NCBI GenBank assembly: GCA_027460535.1
Contig: JAPZAR010000014.1
Coordinates: forward strand, 60,001-92,000
Length of the DNA: 32,000 nt
Source: Candidatus Methanoperedens sp.
GTDB lineage: Archaea; Halobacteriota; Methanosarcinia; Methanosarcinales; Methanoperedenaceae
Direction of reading: 5' to 3'
Below are positions 24,096-32,000 of this stretch, one piece after another (positions within the stretch are counted from its first letter, which is position 1; the number at the start of each line of letters is the position of its first letter). The position numbers and the translations under genes are program-made. The notes below the pieces were generated by a model. That model was not told where the DNA came from and searched no databases. It was given only the letters and a program-made list of their open reading frames with translations.

Positions 24096-25340
24096 CTAGA
24101 ATAACTCCCTCGGGTCAGCAATTTTCCCGTGTAACGCACTTGCTGCCGCGGTCTCTGGTGAGGAGAGGTAAATCAATCCTCCCGCCCCCATCCTTCCCTT
24201 GAAATTCCGGTTGGAGGTGGAGAGACAGGTCTCGCCCTCGCATATCACTCCCATATGCGCACCAAGGCAAGGACCGCATCCAGGTGGCGCGATAGTGGCA
24301 CCTGCTTTCAGGAGCGTGGCAATAATGCCTGATTCTGTGGCTTTGATGAGCACTGAGCGCGAGGCAGGAAGGACAATTGTCCTTACTTTGACCTTGTTCC
24401 CTTCCAGGATTCGTGCCACAGCCTCAAGGTCTTCATATCTTCCATTGGTGCATGAGCCTATGAAAACCTGGTCAAGCGGGGTTCCAACAACCTCGCTGAC
24501 CCCCACCACATTATCCACCTCATGAGGTTTCGCTATCTGTGGTTCAAGTTCTGCGACATCGAATTCGTATTCCCCGGAGTATTCGGCATCCCTGTCGGCA
24601 TAGACTGATACATATCTTTCCACCGCCCTGTCTTTCAGGTATTCGAATGTTGTTTTATCAGGGGGCACGATTCCGGCTTTTGCTCCCATTTCGATGGCCA
24701 TATTGCACAGCGTCATCCGCTCAGCCATCGATAAACCGCTTATCTTCTCGCCGTAATACTCTATAGCCTTATAGTTCGCCCCCTCGACACCCACGGTTTT
24801 GATTATGTTAAGGGTCATGTCCTTTGCAGTCACACCTTTTGCCAGATTCCCTTTCACTGTTATCCTGATAGACTGCGGCACGCGGAGCCAGAGTTTTCCG
24901 GTTGCGAAGACCTCTGCCATGTCTGTGGCGCCCACGCCCGTGGCGAAAGCCCCGAAGGCACCGTACGTGCATGAATGCGAATCTGCTCCGATGATTAGTT
25001 TCCCTGGCAGGGCGAACCCGTGCTCAGGCAGCACCTGGTGGCATATGCCTTCGCCGATATCGAAGAAATTGGTTATGCCCTGCTCTTTTATCCACTGCCT
25101 GATACCCTGCTGCAGTTTCGCGGCAGTTTCATTATTTGCCGGAGCTATGTGGTCAAAAGGTATGATTATGCGTTTTGGGTCCCATACTCTTTTTGCGCCC
25201 ATCTCCCGGAACGCTTTAACGGCAAGTACGCTCGTACCGTCGTGCGCCATGGCAAAATCAATATTTGCTATCACGAAATCGTCTGCTCTCGCGGATTTCC
25301 CTGAGGCCCTGCTGAGTATTTTTTCGCTTATTGTTGGCAT
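24096..25340 (-). CDS. leuC: Aconitase-family dehydratase large subunit (3-isopropylmalate dehydratase LeuC or homoaconitase HacA)
   Basis: 414 aa with [19 protein letters not shown], and the Fe-S ligand region IGSCTNGR ... GCGPCLG. No small-subunit gene is adjacent. LeuC and HacA cannot be separated by eye. Confidence 0.85.
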   Translation of the reverse strand: MPTISEKILSRASGKSARADDFVIANIDFAMAHDGTSVLAVKAFREMGAKRVWDPKRIIIPFDHIAPANNETAAKLQQGIRQWIKEQGITNFFDIGEGICHQVLPEHGFALPGKLIIGADSHSCTYGAFGAFATGVGATDMAEVFATGKLWLRVPQSIRITVKGNLAKGVTAKDMTLNIIKTVGVEGANYKAIEYYGEKISGLSMAERMTLCNMAIEMGAKAGIVPPDKTTFEYLKDRAVERYVSVYADRDAEYSGEYEFDVAELEPQIAKPHEVDNVVGVSEVVGTPLDQVFIGSCTNGRYEDLEAVARILEGNKVKVRTIVLPASRSVLIKATESGIIATLLKAGATIAPPGCGPCLGAHMGVICEGETCLSTSNRNFKGRMGAGGLIYLSSPETAAASALHGKIADPRELF

Positions 25341-25419
25341 CTTTTTTATCCGGTTTTAGGAAGATGGTTGTTCGCTATGTTTTTAATTTTTATAGCTCTT
25401 CTGGTTTCCTATTGAATAG

Positions 25420-25485
25420 AACCGCAGATAAACGCAGATGAACGCAGATTTGCTATATCTGCATTATCACCGTTCATCTGCGGTT
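25420..25485. repeat. Decamer-repeat hairpin element (CGCAGAT family) just downstream of thrS
   Basis: There are three tandem decamers: AACCGCAGAT, AAACGCAGAT and GAACGCAGAT (25420-25449). The inverted arm is CGTTCATCTGCGGTT (25471-25485). An inner stem pairs GCAGAT (25444-25449) with ATCTGC (25457-25462). The element ends 17 nt downstream (lower coordinates) of the thrS stop, on the transcribed side. The same motif occurs at both ends of the 13440-13643 element and at 22028-22044. Confidence 0.6.
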
Positions 25486-25501
25486 TAAATATCAATGTCA
25501 T

Positions 25502-27400
25502 CTATACAAATCTCGGCCTTCCAGACAATCGCATCGCAAGCGGGCTTCTCTTAAATGGGTAGCCTGAAATCTCGTTCGATACCCTCTCATTGAGTTCCGC
25601 GGCGGTCATCTTTATGTTTACAGGTTTATTGGGTGAAGATTCGCTCCTCACTGTAACTGTAAGGTTGTCGTTATTGATCTCTTCGTCCCCCACGACCGCA
25701 ACATACGGTATCCAATCCTTCCCGGCATCGCGTATCCTCTTGCTCACAGTCTCTTCCCGGTCATCAATGTCAGCACGGCAGTTCAATTCGCCCGCCACTT
25801 TTCCCGCATAATCCAGGTGCTTTTCTGCAACCGGGATTATGCGTACCTGGGTGGGCGAGAGCCAGACAGGAAACATGGGGACAATACCCTTTTCTGAATC
25901 CATGTTAGCCTTTTCAAGCAGGGCGTATATGCATCTCTCAATGGCCCCGCTGGGCGAGCAATGAAGTATGACCGGCCTTTTTTCAGCTCCGGTTGAATCC
26001 ACATATTTTATTCCGTACCTTTCCGCATTTTCAACATCGATCTGGACCGTGGAAAGGGCGCTTGCCTTGTCCATAGCATCGATGTAGTTGAACTCGAATT
26101 TGAGCACGAAATAGAAGAATCTCTGGTCCCAGAGCTCTATCAGCACAGGCTTGTTCACGGTCTTCACAAGATTCACTATGAAATCCCTGTTCGCCTCAAA
26201 GAAATCCCGCGTGAAGCGGATGGCTACTTCATAATCATTCAAATCAAGCCCTATCTTCGAAAGTACATTGATGCACATGTTGTACTGCTCGTTGAACTGG
26301 GCGACCGCTTCCTCCATATCCCTGCAGAGTGTGTGCATATCGGGCATTGTAAATGCTCGCAGGCGCCGCAGGCCCACCAGTTCCCCGCTTTGCTCTTTCC
26401 TGAAGCTGTAGCGGGTAAGTTCCACCATACGCAGCGGCAGGTTCCGGTATGATATGGTCATGTCATGGTTCATAAGGAACTGCCCGAAGCATGCCGCGAA
26501 TCTGAGGAAAAGCATCTTCTTATCAGCCTCAATGGAGTACTGCCGCGCCGGGAAGCGGTCAAGGTATTTCTTGAGAGTGGGATGGTTCATATCATACATT
26601 ATGGGCGTTTCCACTTCCATGGCTCCTCTCTTTGCGGTCTCTTCCAGCACGTAATTCTCAAGAAGGCTCTTCACCAGCCTGCCTTTGGGATAGAAACGCA
26701 TATTACCCTGGTCTGAACCTGGCTCGTAATCAGCAAGCTCAAGCCGCCTCATGAGCTCCACATGCGGCGGTACCCTGTCAACCGCCCTGCTCTTGTGGAT
26801 CTCATAATTCACGAATTTTTTGAGTTTCTCATGCCCTGTAAAATCAAAGTCATCGGGTTTTAAGAGGTCACCTTCAGGAGTTAAAATATGCCAGTAGGAG
26901 GTCGCCTTTGCTTCGGATTTCAAGGCCTCCGAAACCACTTCCTCTTTTTCTTTTACCATGGTGACGCATTTTTCCTCGCCTATCCTTATTGTCCTTGAGA
27001 GTTCAGATAACGGATGACCTTTGCATTTTATCGTAAACGATTTGTACCAGCCAAATGGCGCACGTTTTACCTCAAATTGCGCTTCCTTTAGCAGCTCTTC
27101 AAGCTTCCTAAGGGCTTCAACCGCAGTTTTGGGGGAGGCCAGGCTTGAGCTGAGATGGGCATAAGGATAGAGCATAACGCGGTTTGTCTTTACTTGCTCG
27201 GTAACCTTTTTTATCTCGTCGGCAGTCTGCCGGGCAACATATTCGATATTCTCTTCATCGTTTTTCTCAACCGCCAGGAAAACAGTAAGGGCTTCTTCCA
27301 TGCGCCCTTTTTTGAGTTCGTCCCCGATTTTCTCGGCAACCGGGGTGCTTCTCTTTGTTTCGTATTCTATGTAATCAGAATGAATAAGTAGTATCTGCAT
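25502..27400 (-). CDS. thrS: Threonyl-tRNA synthetase, archaeal type with N-terminal editing domain
   Basis: [14 protein letters not shown].. is the hallmark start of the archaeal ThrRS editing domain. A class II catalytic core and an anticodon-binding domain follow. The Met at 27400 (AGTGAT SD-like upstream) is preferred to the track start at 27418. Confidence 0.92.
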   Translation of the reverse strand: MQILLIHSDYIEYETKRSTPVAEKIGDELKKGRMEEALTVFLAVEKNDEENIEYVARQTADEIKKVTEQVKTNRVMLYPYAHLSSSLASPKTAVEALRKLEELLKEAQFEVKRAPFGWYKSFTIKCKGHPLSELSRTIRIGEEKCVTMVKEKEEVVSEALKSEAKATSYWHILTPEGDLLKPDDFDFTGHEKLKKFVNYEIHKSRAVDRVPPHVELMRRLELADYEPGSDQGNMRFYPKGRLVKSLLENYVLEETAKRGAMEVETPIMYDMNHPTLKKYLDRFPARQYSIEADKKMLFLRFAACFGQFLMNHDMTISYRNLPLRMVELTRYSFRKEQSGELVGLRRLRAFTMPDMHTLCRDMEEAVAQFNEQYNMCINVLSKIGLDLNDYEVAIRFTRDFFEANRDFIVNLVKTVNKPVLIELWDQRFFYFVLKFEFNYIDAMDKASALSTVQIDVENAERYGIKYVDSTGAEKRPVILHCSPSGAIERCIYALLEKANMDSEKGIVPMFPVWLSPTQVRIIPVAEKHLDYAGKVAGELNCRADIDDREETVSKRIRDAGKDWIPYVAVVGDEEINNDNLTVTVRSESSPNKPVNIKMTAAELNERVSNEISGYPFKRSPLAMRLSGRPRFV

Positions 27401-27660
27401 TGTATCACTTTCTCGCATCTACACTTTAATCAAGCTTAAAGTTTTGTCGGTTTCGAACTTTATGAGGAAAACTGGCGCGGAATCTCAACCTGTACTTTTT
27501 TTCAGGCCCGTATTCCGTCCTGATACGCCGTTGATTTACAAATGAATTTTGACAGCACTCATCGGCAAACATAGATTTATCAGACCCCTGTTACAGAAAA
27601 GTTCATATTCTGAAAATCAAATTATCCATGACCTTAAAGTGTCAGGAGGCGAACAACCTA

Positions 27661-27714
27661 ATGTCCAATAAGGAGAAAAAGAAACCCAAGGGAAAGCCTG
27701 CGCCTAAGAAATGA
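27661..27714 (+). CDS. 17-codon lysine-rich micro-ORF (MSNKEKKKPKGKPAPKK) with strong SD and downstream T-tracts
   Basis: AGGAGG (27645-27650) lies 10 nt upstream of the ATG. The stop is at 27712-27714. T6 and T6 runs at 27728-27740 follow, and AAGTTGATTT (27721-27730) pairs with AAATCAACTT (27770-27779). There is no larger + strand gene downstream. Confidence 0.3.
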   Translation: MSNKEKKKPKGKPAPKK

Positions 27715-27965
27715 AGGTTTAAGTTGATTTTTTCTTTTTTAATTAACGCTGGTCAAGACCGCACAGAAGAAATCAACTTTTTAAGGCTTATAATTGGATC
27801 ATTTCAGCGATTTTATTCTTATAGAAACCATTGAAGAAGCTTTTCATTTCCATCTGTGAAATATTGCTTTCAATTATCCAGATAACAAAAAGAGCTTCTA
27901 GGTCACGAAATCCATGAATTATCAGCAAAAATTCTCTTCCACTTAACCCTTCAGTTAATTAGGAA

Positions 27966-29669
27966 TCAGGATTTCAATTTCTCATCTTGTAAAGAATTTA
28001 GACTTTCTGCGATATCCTTTGAAATAAAATATATATTAGAGTATCCATGGTTGCCTCTTATAATTATTCCATTCTTAACTAAAACCTCAAGATGGTGCCT
28101 GATTGTTTTATAGTCCTTATTCAAAGCTACGGCTAGTTGATGCGCATTATAAGATTTCTCGGAAAGATGGGTCAAGATCAATGCACGGGTCTTTCCTCCA
28201 CGTGTACCTTCGATCAGATAGTATAGGAGCTTCTTTTGCTTATTGGATCTCCTTAATTCTTGTTTAAGTGATTCTTTTATGTGCTCTTCTGCTTTTTTGC
28301 GCTCTGTTATGTCCCGGCCAAAACTCACTGTTCCCACAACTTTTCCTTTTGAATATATTGGAGCAGTGTTTACTAAAAGAATTAAGTTACCATCTTCTTT
28401 TTTAACTGACACCTCATACTGCTCTGGCTCTCCGCTCAATGTTCTTTGGAATACATCAATTACCTTAGGCAGATCTTCCTTTTCGATGAGCGGAGCAAAG
28501 GACTTGCCCCGCCAATCCTCCAATCTAAGTCCTGTTATCTCTCCAGAACTTTTATTGAAGAATAGGAACCGACCTTCTGTGTCCAGGGTCCAGATCATGT
28601 CGTTGGAGTATTCAATTATCGTGCGGTAACGCTCCTCGCTTTCTCGCAATGCCTCTTCAATTTTCATGCGCTCTGTAATATCACGGATTATATCTCTTGA
28701 ACCTATGATCTTATCTTCTTCTTTAATGGCCGATGAGCTCACTTCGACATCGATAAGGCCCCCATCTTTTGTGCGGGCCTTCCCGACAAACTTTTCATAC
28801 GATCCTTTTTTTCTTAATTTATTGAACTCAATTTCAGACCTTGAAATTTGTGCAGGGGGAATAATATCAAGAACACTCATATTCAGCAGTTCTTCTCTTG
28901 AGTAGCCTAACATCTCCACTGTCTTTTTATTCACATCTTTATATTTCAGACCTGCGTCAATTACACATATTGCATCATTTGCATTTTCAAAAAGGTCCCT
29001 GTATTTTTCCTCTGATCTCTTAAGTTTCTCCTCAGCCCGCTTGTGCTCCAGCGCATTAACCAGAATTTCCCCCATCATTTTAAGCAATCTGATATCTTCA
29101 TCCGGCCAGATTTTTTCTCTTCTCACTGAATCGAATCCGAGAAATCCTACAAGAGAATTTTCATAGACCATAGGGACATTTATGAGTGATTTAATCCCTT
29201 GCATCTGAAAAGTTTCCTTTTCGGCACACGCTTCAGATGGCAGTTCGATTACATTTGGAACATGGATGATCTCAAATTTCGTCAATTTGTTCATAAACCA
29301 GGGAAAGCCATCTGGAATCAGCCGTTTAAGGTTTCTTATTTGCGGTTCTATGCCTTCTGCGAACCATTCGTGAGTATTATCCATCTGATTCCCGTTATTG
29401 TAAAGTTGAAATACATAACTGCGGTCAACATCTGCGAATTCTCCTATTTTTTGCAGGGAATGGTTTATTATACAGTCTATTTCATCATGTGAAATATTGA
29501 TAAAACTGGTTGATATGCCTGCGATGAGCTCTTCCATATCTATACGGTGTTGCAAAGTCTCTTCAATCCGCTTCCACTCCGTCTCAGATTCCTCTATTTC
29601 TGCAATTCTTCGGCCCGGTTTTGCCGATTCGATTGTGGTTCGGTTTTTAGTCTTGCCCTCTTTTTTCAC
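27966..29669 (-). CDS. One-component sensor regulator: GAF-like domain + two PAS domains + C-terminal winged-helix DNA-binding domain
   Basis: 567 aa with a GTG start preceded by GAGGTTGAT. PAS S-box-like segments are YRDLFENANDAICVID.. and YRTIIEYSNDMIWTLD.., each ending ..DITERK/M. The C-terminus TRALILTHLSEKSYNAHQLAVALNKDYKTIRHHLEVLVKNGII is an ArsR-like wHTH. No histidine kinase domain is present. Confidence 0.85.
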   Translation of the reverse strand: MKKEGKTKNRTTIESAKPGRRIAEIEESETEWKRIEETLQHRIDMEELIAGISTSFINISHDEIDCIINHSLQKIGEFADVDRSYVFQLYNNGNQMDNTHEWFAEGIEPQIRNLKRLIPDGFPWFMNKLTKFEIIHVPNVIELPSEACAEKETFQMQGIKSLINVPMVYENSLVGFLGFDSVRREKIWPDEDIRLLKMMGEILVNALEHKRAEEKLKRSEEKYRDLFENANDAICVIDAGLKYKDVNKKTVEMLGYSREELLNMSVLDIIPPAQISRSEIEFNKLRKKGSYEKFVGKARTKDGGLIDVEVSSSAIKEEDKIIGSRDIIRDITERMKIEEALRESEERYRTIIEYSNDMIWTLDTEGRFLFFNKSSGEITGLRLEDWRGKSFAPLIEKEDLPKVIDVFQRTLSGEPEQYEVSVKKEDGNLILLVNTAPIYSKGKVVGTVSFGRDITERKKAEEHIKESLKQELRRSNKQKKLLYYLIEGTRGGKTRALILTHLSEKSYNAHQLAVALNKDYKTIRHHLEVLVKNGIIIRGNHGYSNIYFISKDIAESLNSLQDEKLKS

Positions 29670-29883
29670 TCAATCAACCTCATGAAACAGGCAGCAATTC
29701 TAATCCCTATAATAATTATACTGACTTGATGTTTTCCCTCTGATTATGCAAAGTATAATGAAGCCCAAAAAAAGGTAGGGCATTTCAAGAATGGAGCTTT
29801 AAAAAGGTTCAAGGGTCATACACAAACCATCATTCTCCTTTTTTGGAGGGATGGGATAATAGATACCATCTTTTTAATGTTTT

Positions 29884-32000
29884 TCATCTCATTTTATTTA
29901 ACATATTCCGGAGGAACGTATGCAATATCCCGCCATTTCGATAAAATTCTACTTCAATTGGCGCATCCAGTCTTGATATGACGTTGAAAATCTTCTCTCG
30001 TCCATCAGCTTTTGCAACAACACGAAGTTCTCCTCCAGGCTTTAAACTGCTGATACCATGAATATCGAATAGCTCATCACCTTTAAGTCCCAGCGTATCT
30101 GCGTTCTCTCCTTTCTTGAACTGGAGTGGCAGAACACCCATTCCCAGGAGATTGCTCCTGTGGATACGCTCAAACGATTCAGCCATGACCGCCACGACCC
30201 CCAGGAGATAAGTTCCCTTTGCAGCCCAATCACGGGAACTCCCTGTACCATATTCTTTTCCTGCAATGATGACAAGAGGTGTCCGGTTCTTTTTGTAAAG
30301 CATCGCTGCATCATAAATGGTCATCTCCTCTCCGGACGGGAAATAACGCGTCCACCCGCCTTCCTTACCCGGAACTAGGCTGTTCCTAAGATTAATATTG
30401 GCAAATGTTCCTCGCATCATGACTTCATGATTTCCTCTTCGAGACCCATAGGAATTGAAACCTTCCGGGGACACACCGCGGGAGATCAAATACTGACCTG
30501 CAAGGCTATCCTGGGAAAATTCCCCTGCTGGAGAAATGTGATCTGTTGTGATACTATTTCCCAGGTACGCAAGCACCCTGGCCCCTCTGATCTCATTTCT
30601 TTCAGGAGGCTTTGCCGGGAATTCTATGAAGAAGGGAGGTTCCTGGATATAGGTGGATGCCGGATCCCATTCATAGAGCTTGCCAGAAGGGATAGTAAGT
30701 TCTTCCCAGAGTCTCGTACCACAAGATACTTCTGCATATTGTTGAGCATATAACCCCGGGTCAATAGTATTTTTTATGATTTGCCTGATATCTTCACTAG
30801 CTGGCCATATCTCCTTTAAAAAAACCGGGTCATTATTGGGGTCGTATCCGATAGGTTCGGTCTTGAGATCAATATCTACCCTACCTGATATAGCATATGC
30901 CACTACTAACGGGGGTGAAACCAGATAGTTTGCTTTGACAAGCGGGTTGATTCTCCCTTCAAAATTGCGATTTCCACTTAAGACCGACGCTACTACCAGG
31001 TTTCTCTCTTTCACCGCTTTCGCGACCGTAAGAGATATGGGACCACTATTACCTATGCAGGTCGTGCAACCATATCCAACAATGTGGAACCCCAGGGCTT
31101 CAAGATACGGCATGAGCCCAGAATTCCTGAGGTATTCAGTGACAACGCGTGAACCCGGGGCAAGACTTGTTTTCACGTAAGGTTTAACCTTAAGTCCATG
31201 TTCAACAGCTTTTTTCGCTAAAAGACCTGCTCCTATCATCACAGAAGGATTTGAAGTGTTCGTACAGGAGGTAATCGCTGCTATCACTATTGAGCCGTTT
31301 CTGATTGGAACATTTGATTCGTATTTGGCTTCGAGCGCCGACCCACCGGCAGGCTCATGCTCAACTTTGAAGCTGCCGCCTTCTCCAAGCCAGCGATGAT
31401 ATTCGTGATCCGCTTCCATTTCTGTTTTCTCTCTTCGGAAAGTCTCTTCCATGACCTTATGGAAACTTTGTTCCATTTGGTCAAGAGGTATACGATCCTG
31501 GGGTCGTTTAGGGCCCGCGAGGCTTGGTTCTACTGTCTGCATGTCCAATTCCAGAGTCTCGCTGAACAGAGGTTCGGGACTTTCATCCGTGTGGAAAAGA
31601 CCCTGCTCCATGGAATAGTTTTTGATAAGATCAACATCTTCTTTTTTCCTGCCTGTCTCCAGGAGATACTTTATTGTTTCTGCATCGATGGGAAAGAAAC
31701 CTGCGGTTGCTCCATATTCGGGAGCCATATTGGCGATGGTAGCCCTGTCGGGAAGGCTCAATCTGGCCAATCCCGGACCGTAGAATTCAACGAATTTGCC
31801 TACCACATTACGTTCCCTTAATATCTGGGTAATCGTGAGAACAAGGTCTGTGGCCGTAATTCCATCCTTGAGTTCGCCGCACAGCCTGAAACCCACAACA
31901 TCTGGAAGGGGCATATGGTATGGTTGGCCAAGCATGACCGCTTCTGCCTCTATCCCTCCAACACCCCATCCCAGAACTCCCAGGCCGTTGATCATTGTGG
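29884..32000 (-). CDS. acnA: Aconitate hydratase A (AcnA/IRP type); the 5' end lies beyond the window
   Basis: The track ORF starts at an internal Met, but the frame is open to the window edge. Motifs include NMAPEYGAT, the Fe-S ligand region SCTNTSN ... GCTTCIGNSG, and the swivel domain ..GKEYGTGSSRDWAAKG.. Confidence 0.9.
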   Translation of the reverse strand, partial: TMINGLGVLGWGVGGIEAEAVMLGQPYHMPLPDVVGFRLCGELKDGITATDLVLTITQILRERNVVGKFVEFYGPGLARLSLPDRATIANMAPEYGATAGFFPIDAETIKYLLETGRKKEDVDLIKNYSMEQGLFHTDESPEPLFSETLELDMQTVEPSLAGPKRPQDRIPLDQMEQSFHKVMEETFRREKTEMEADHEYHRWLGEGGSFKVEHEPAGGSALEAKYESNVPIRNGSIVIAAITSCTNTSNPSVMIGAGLLAKKAVEHGLKVKPYVKTSLAPGSRVVTEYLRNSGLMPYLEALGFHIVGYGCTTCIGNSGPISLTVAKAVKERNLVVASVLSGNRNFEGRINPLVKANYLVSPPLVVAYAISGRVDIDLKTEPIGYDPNNDPVFLKEIWPASEDIRQIIKNTIDPGLYAQQYAEVSCGTRLWEELTIPSGKLYEWDPASTYIQEPPFFIEFPAKPPERNEIRGARVLAYLGNSITTDHISPAGEFSQDSLAGQYLISRGVSPEGFNSYGSRRGNHEVMMRGTFANINLRNSLVPGKEGGWTRYFPSGEEMTIYDAAMLYKKNRTPLVIIAGKEYGTGSSRDWAAKGTYLLGVVAVMAESFERIHRSNLLGMGVLPLQFKKGENADTLGLKGDELFDIHGISSLKPGGELRVVAKADGREKIFNVISRLDAPIEVEFYRNGGILHTFLRNMLNKMR

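Noticed and set aside
25420-25449. Possible CRISPR array (tandem 10-mers)
   Set aside because: There are only three contiguous 10-nt units with no spacers, and no cas genes in the window. The structure is a hairpin repeat, not a repeat-spacer array.
1-32000. tRNA, rRNA, transposase/integrase, toxin-antitoxin and defence-system genes
   Set aside because: I scanned the intergenic regions and the ORF track. I found no cloverleaf-compatible GTTCRAATC-type T-arm context, no rRNA-like segments, no DDE, tyrosine or serine recombinase motifs, and no recognisable defence gene signatures.

Overview
This 32 kb window reads as an archaeal chromosome segment. Gene content fits a Methanosarcinales / ANME-2d (Methanoperedens-like) organism, though this is inference only. 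The supporting signals are an archaeal mevalonate pathway with isopentenyl phosphate kinase, a stand-alone GMP synthase subunit B, a ThrRS with the archaeal N-terminal editing domain, PGF-CTERM sorting signals and several c-type cytochromes.

Order of content, left to right:
- A secreted subtilisin (3' end off-window) and a glutaredoxin-like protein.
- An eight-gene minus-strand operon: two paralogous multihaem cytochromes c, a monohaem cytochrome c, a Tat-type Rieske protein, a split b6-type cytochrome b and two orphan small membrane proteins.
- thrC, then the conserved idsA / RNase J / fni / ipk / mvk isoprenoid cluster, in which fni looks disrupted.
- A GC-rich multi-hairpin element and an Fe/Mn SOD.
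- An AT-rich, repeat-littered stretch of about 4 kb with small ORFs, a BBE-like FAD oxidase and a DUF2178/XRE pair.
- An ICMT-like methyltransferase, an EamA transporter, HtrA, MscS, guaA subunit B, a RaSEA-like radical SAM protein, an aconitase-family dehydratase large subunit, thrS, a GAF-PAS-PAS-wHTH regulator and a 5'-truncated aconitase A.

I found no rRNA, tRNA, CRISPR array, transposase or integrase.

The most interesting item is the Rieske/cytochrome b6 operon coupled to surface-anchored multihaem cytochromes. Secondary items are the apparent internal deletion in fni, two dispersed non-coding repeat families, and several SD-equipped micro-ORFs.

All calls come from reading the sequence and the ORF track. 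No database search or numerical computation was run.
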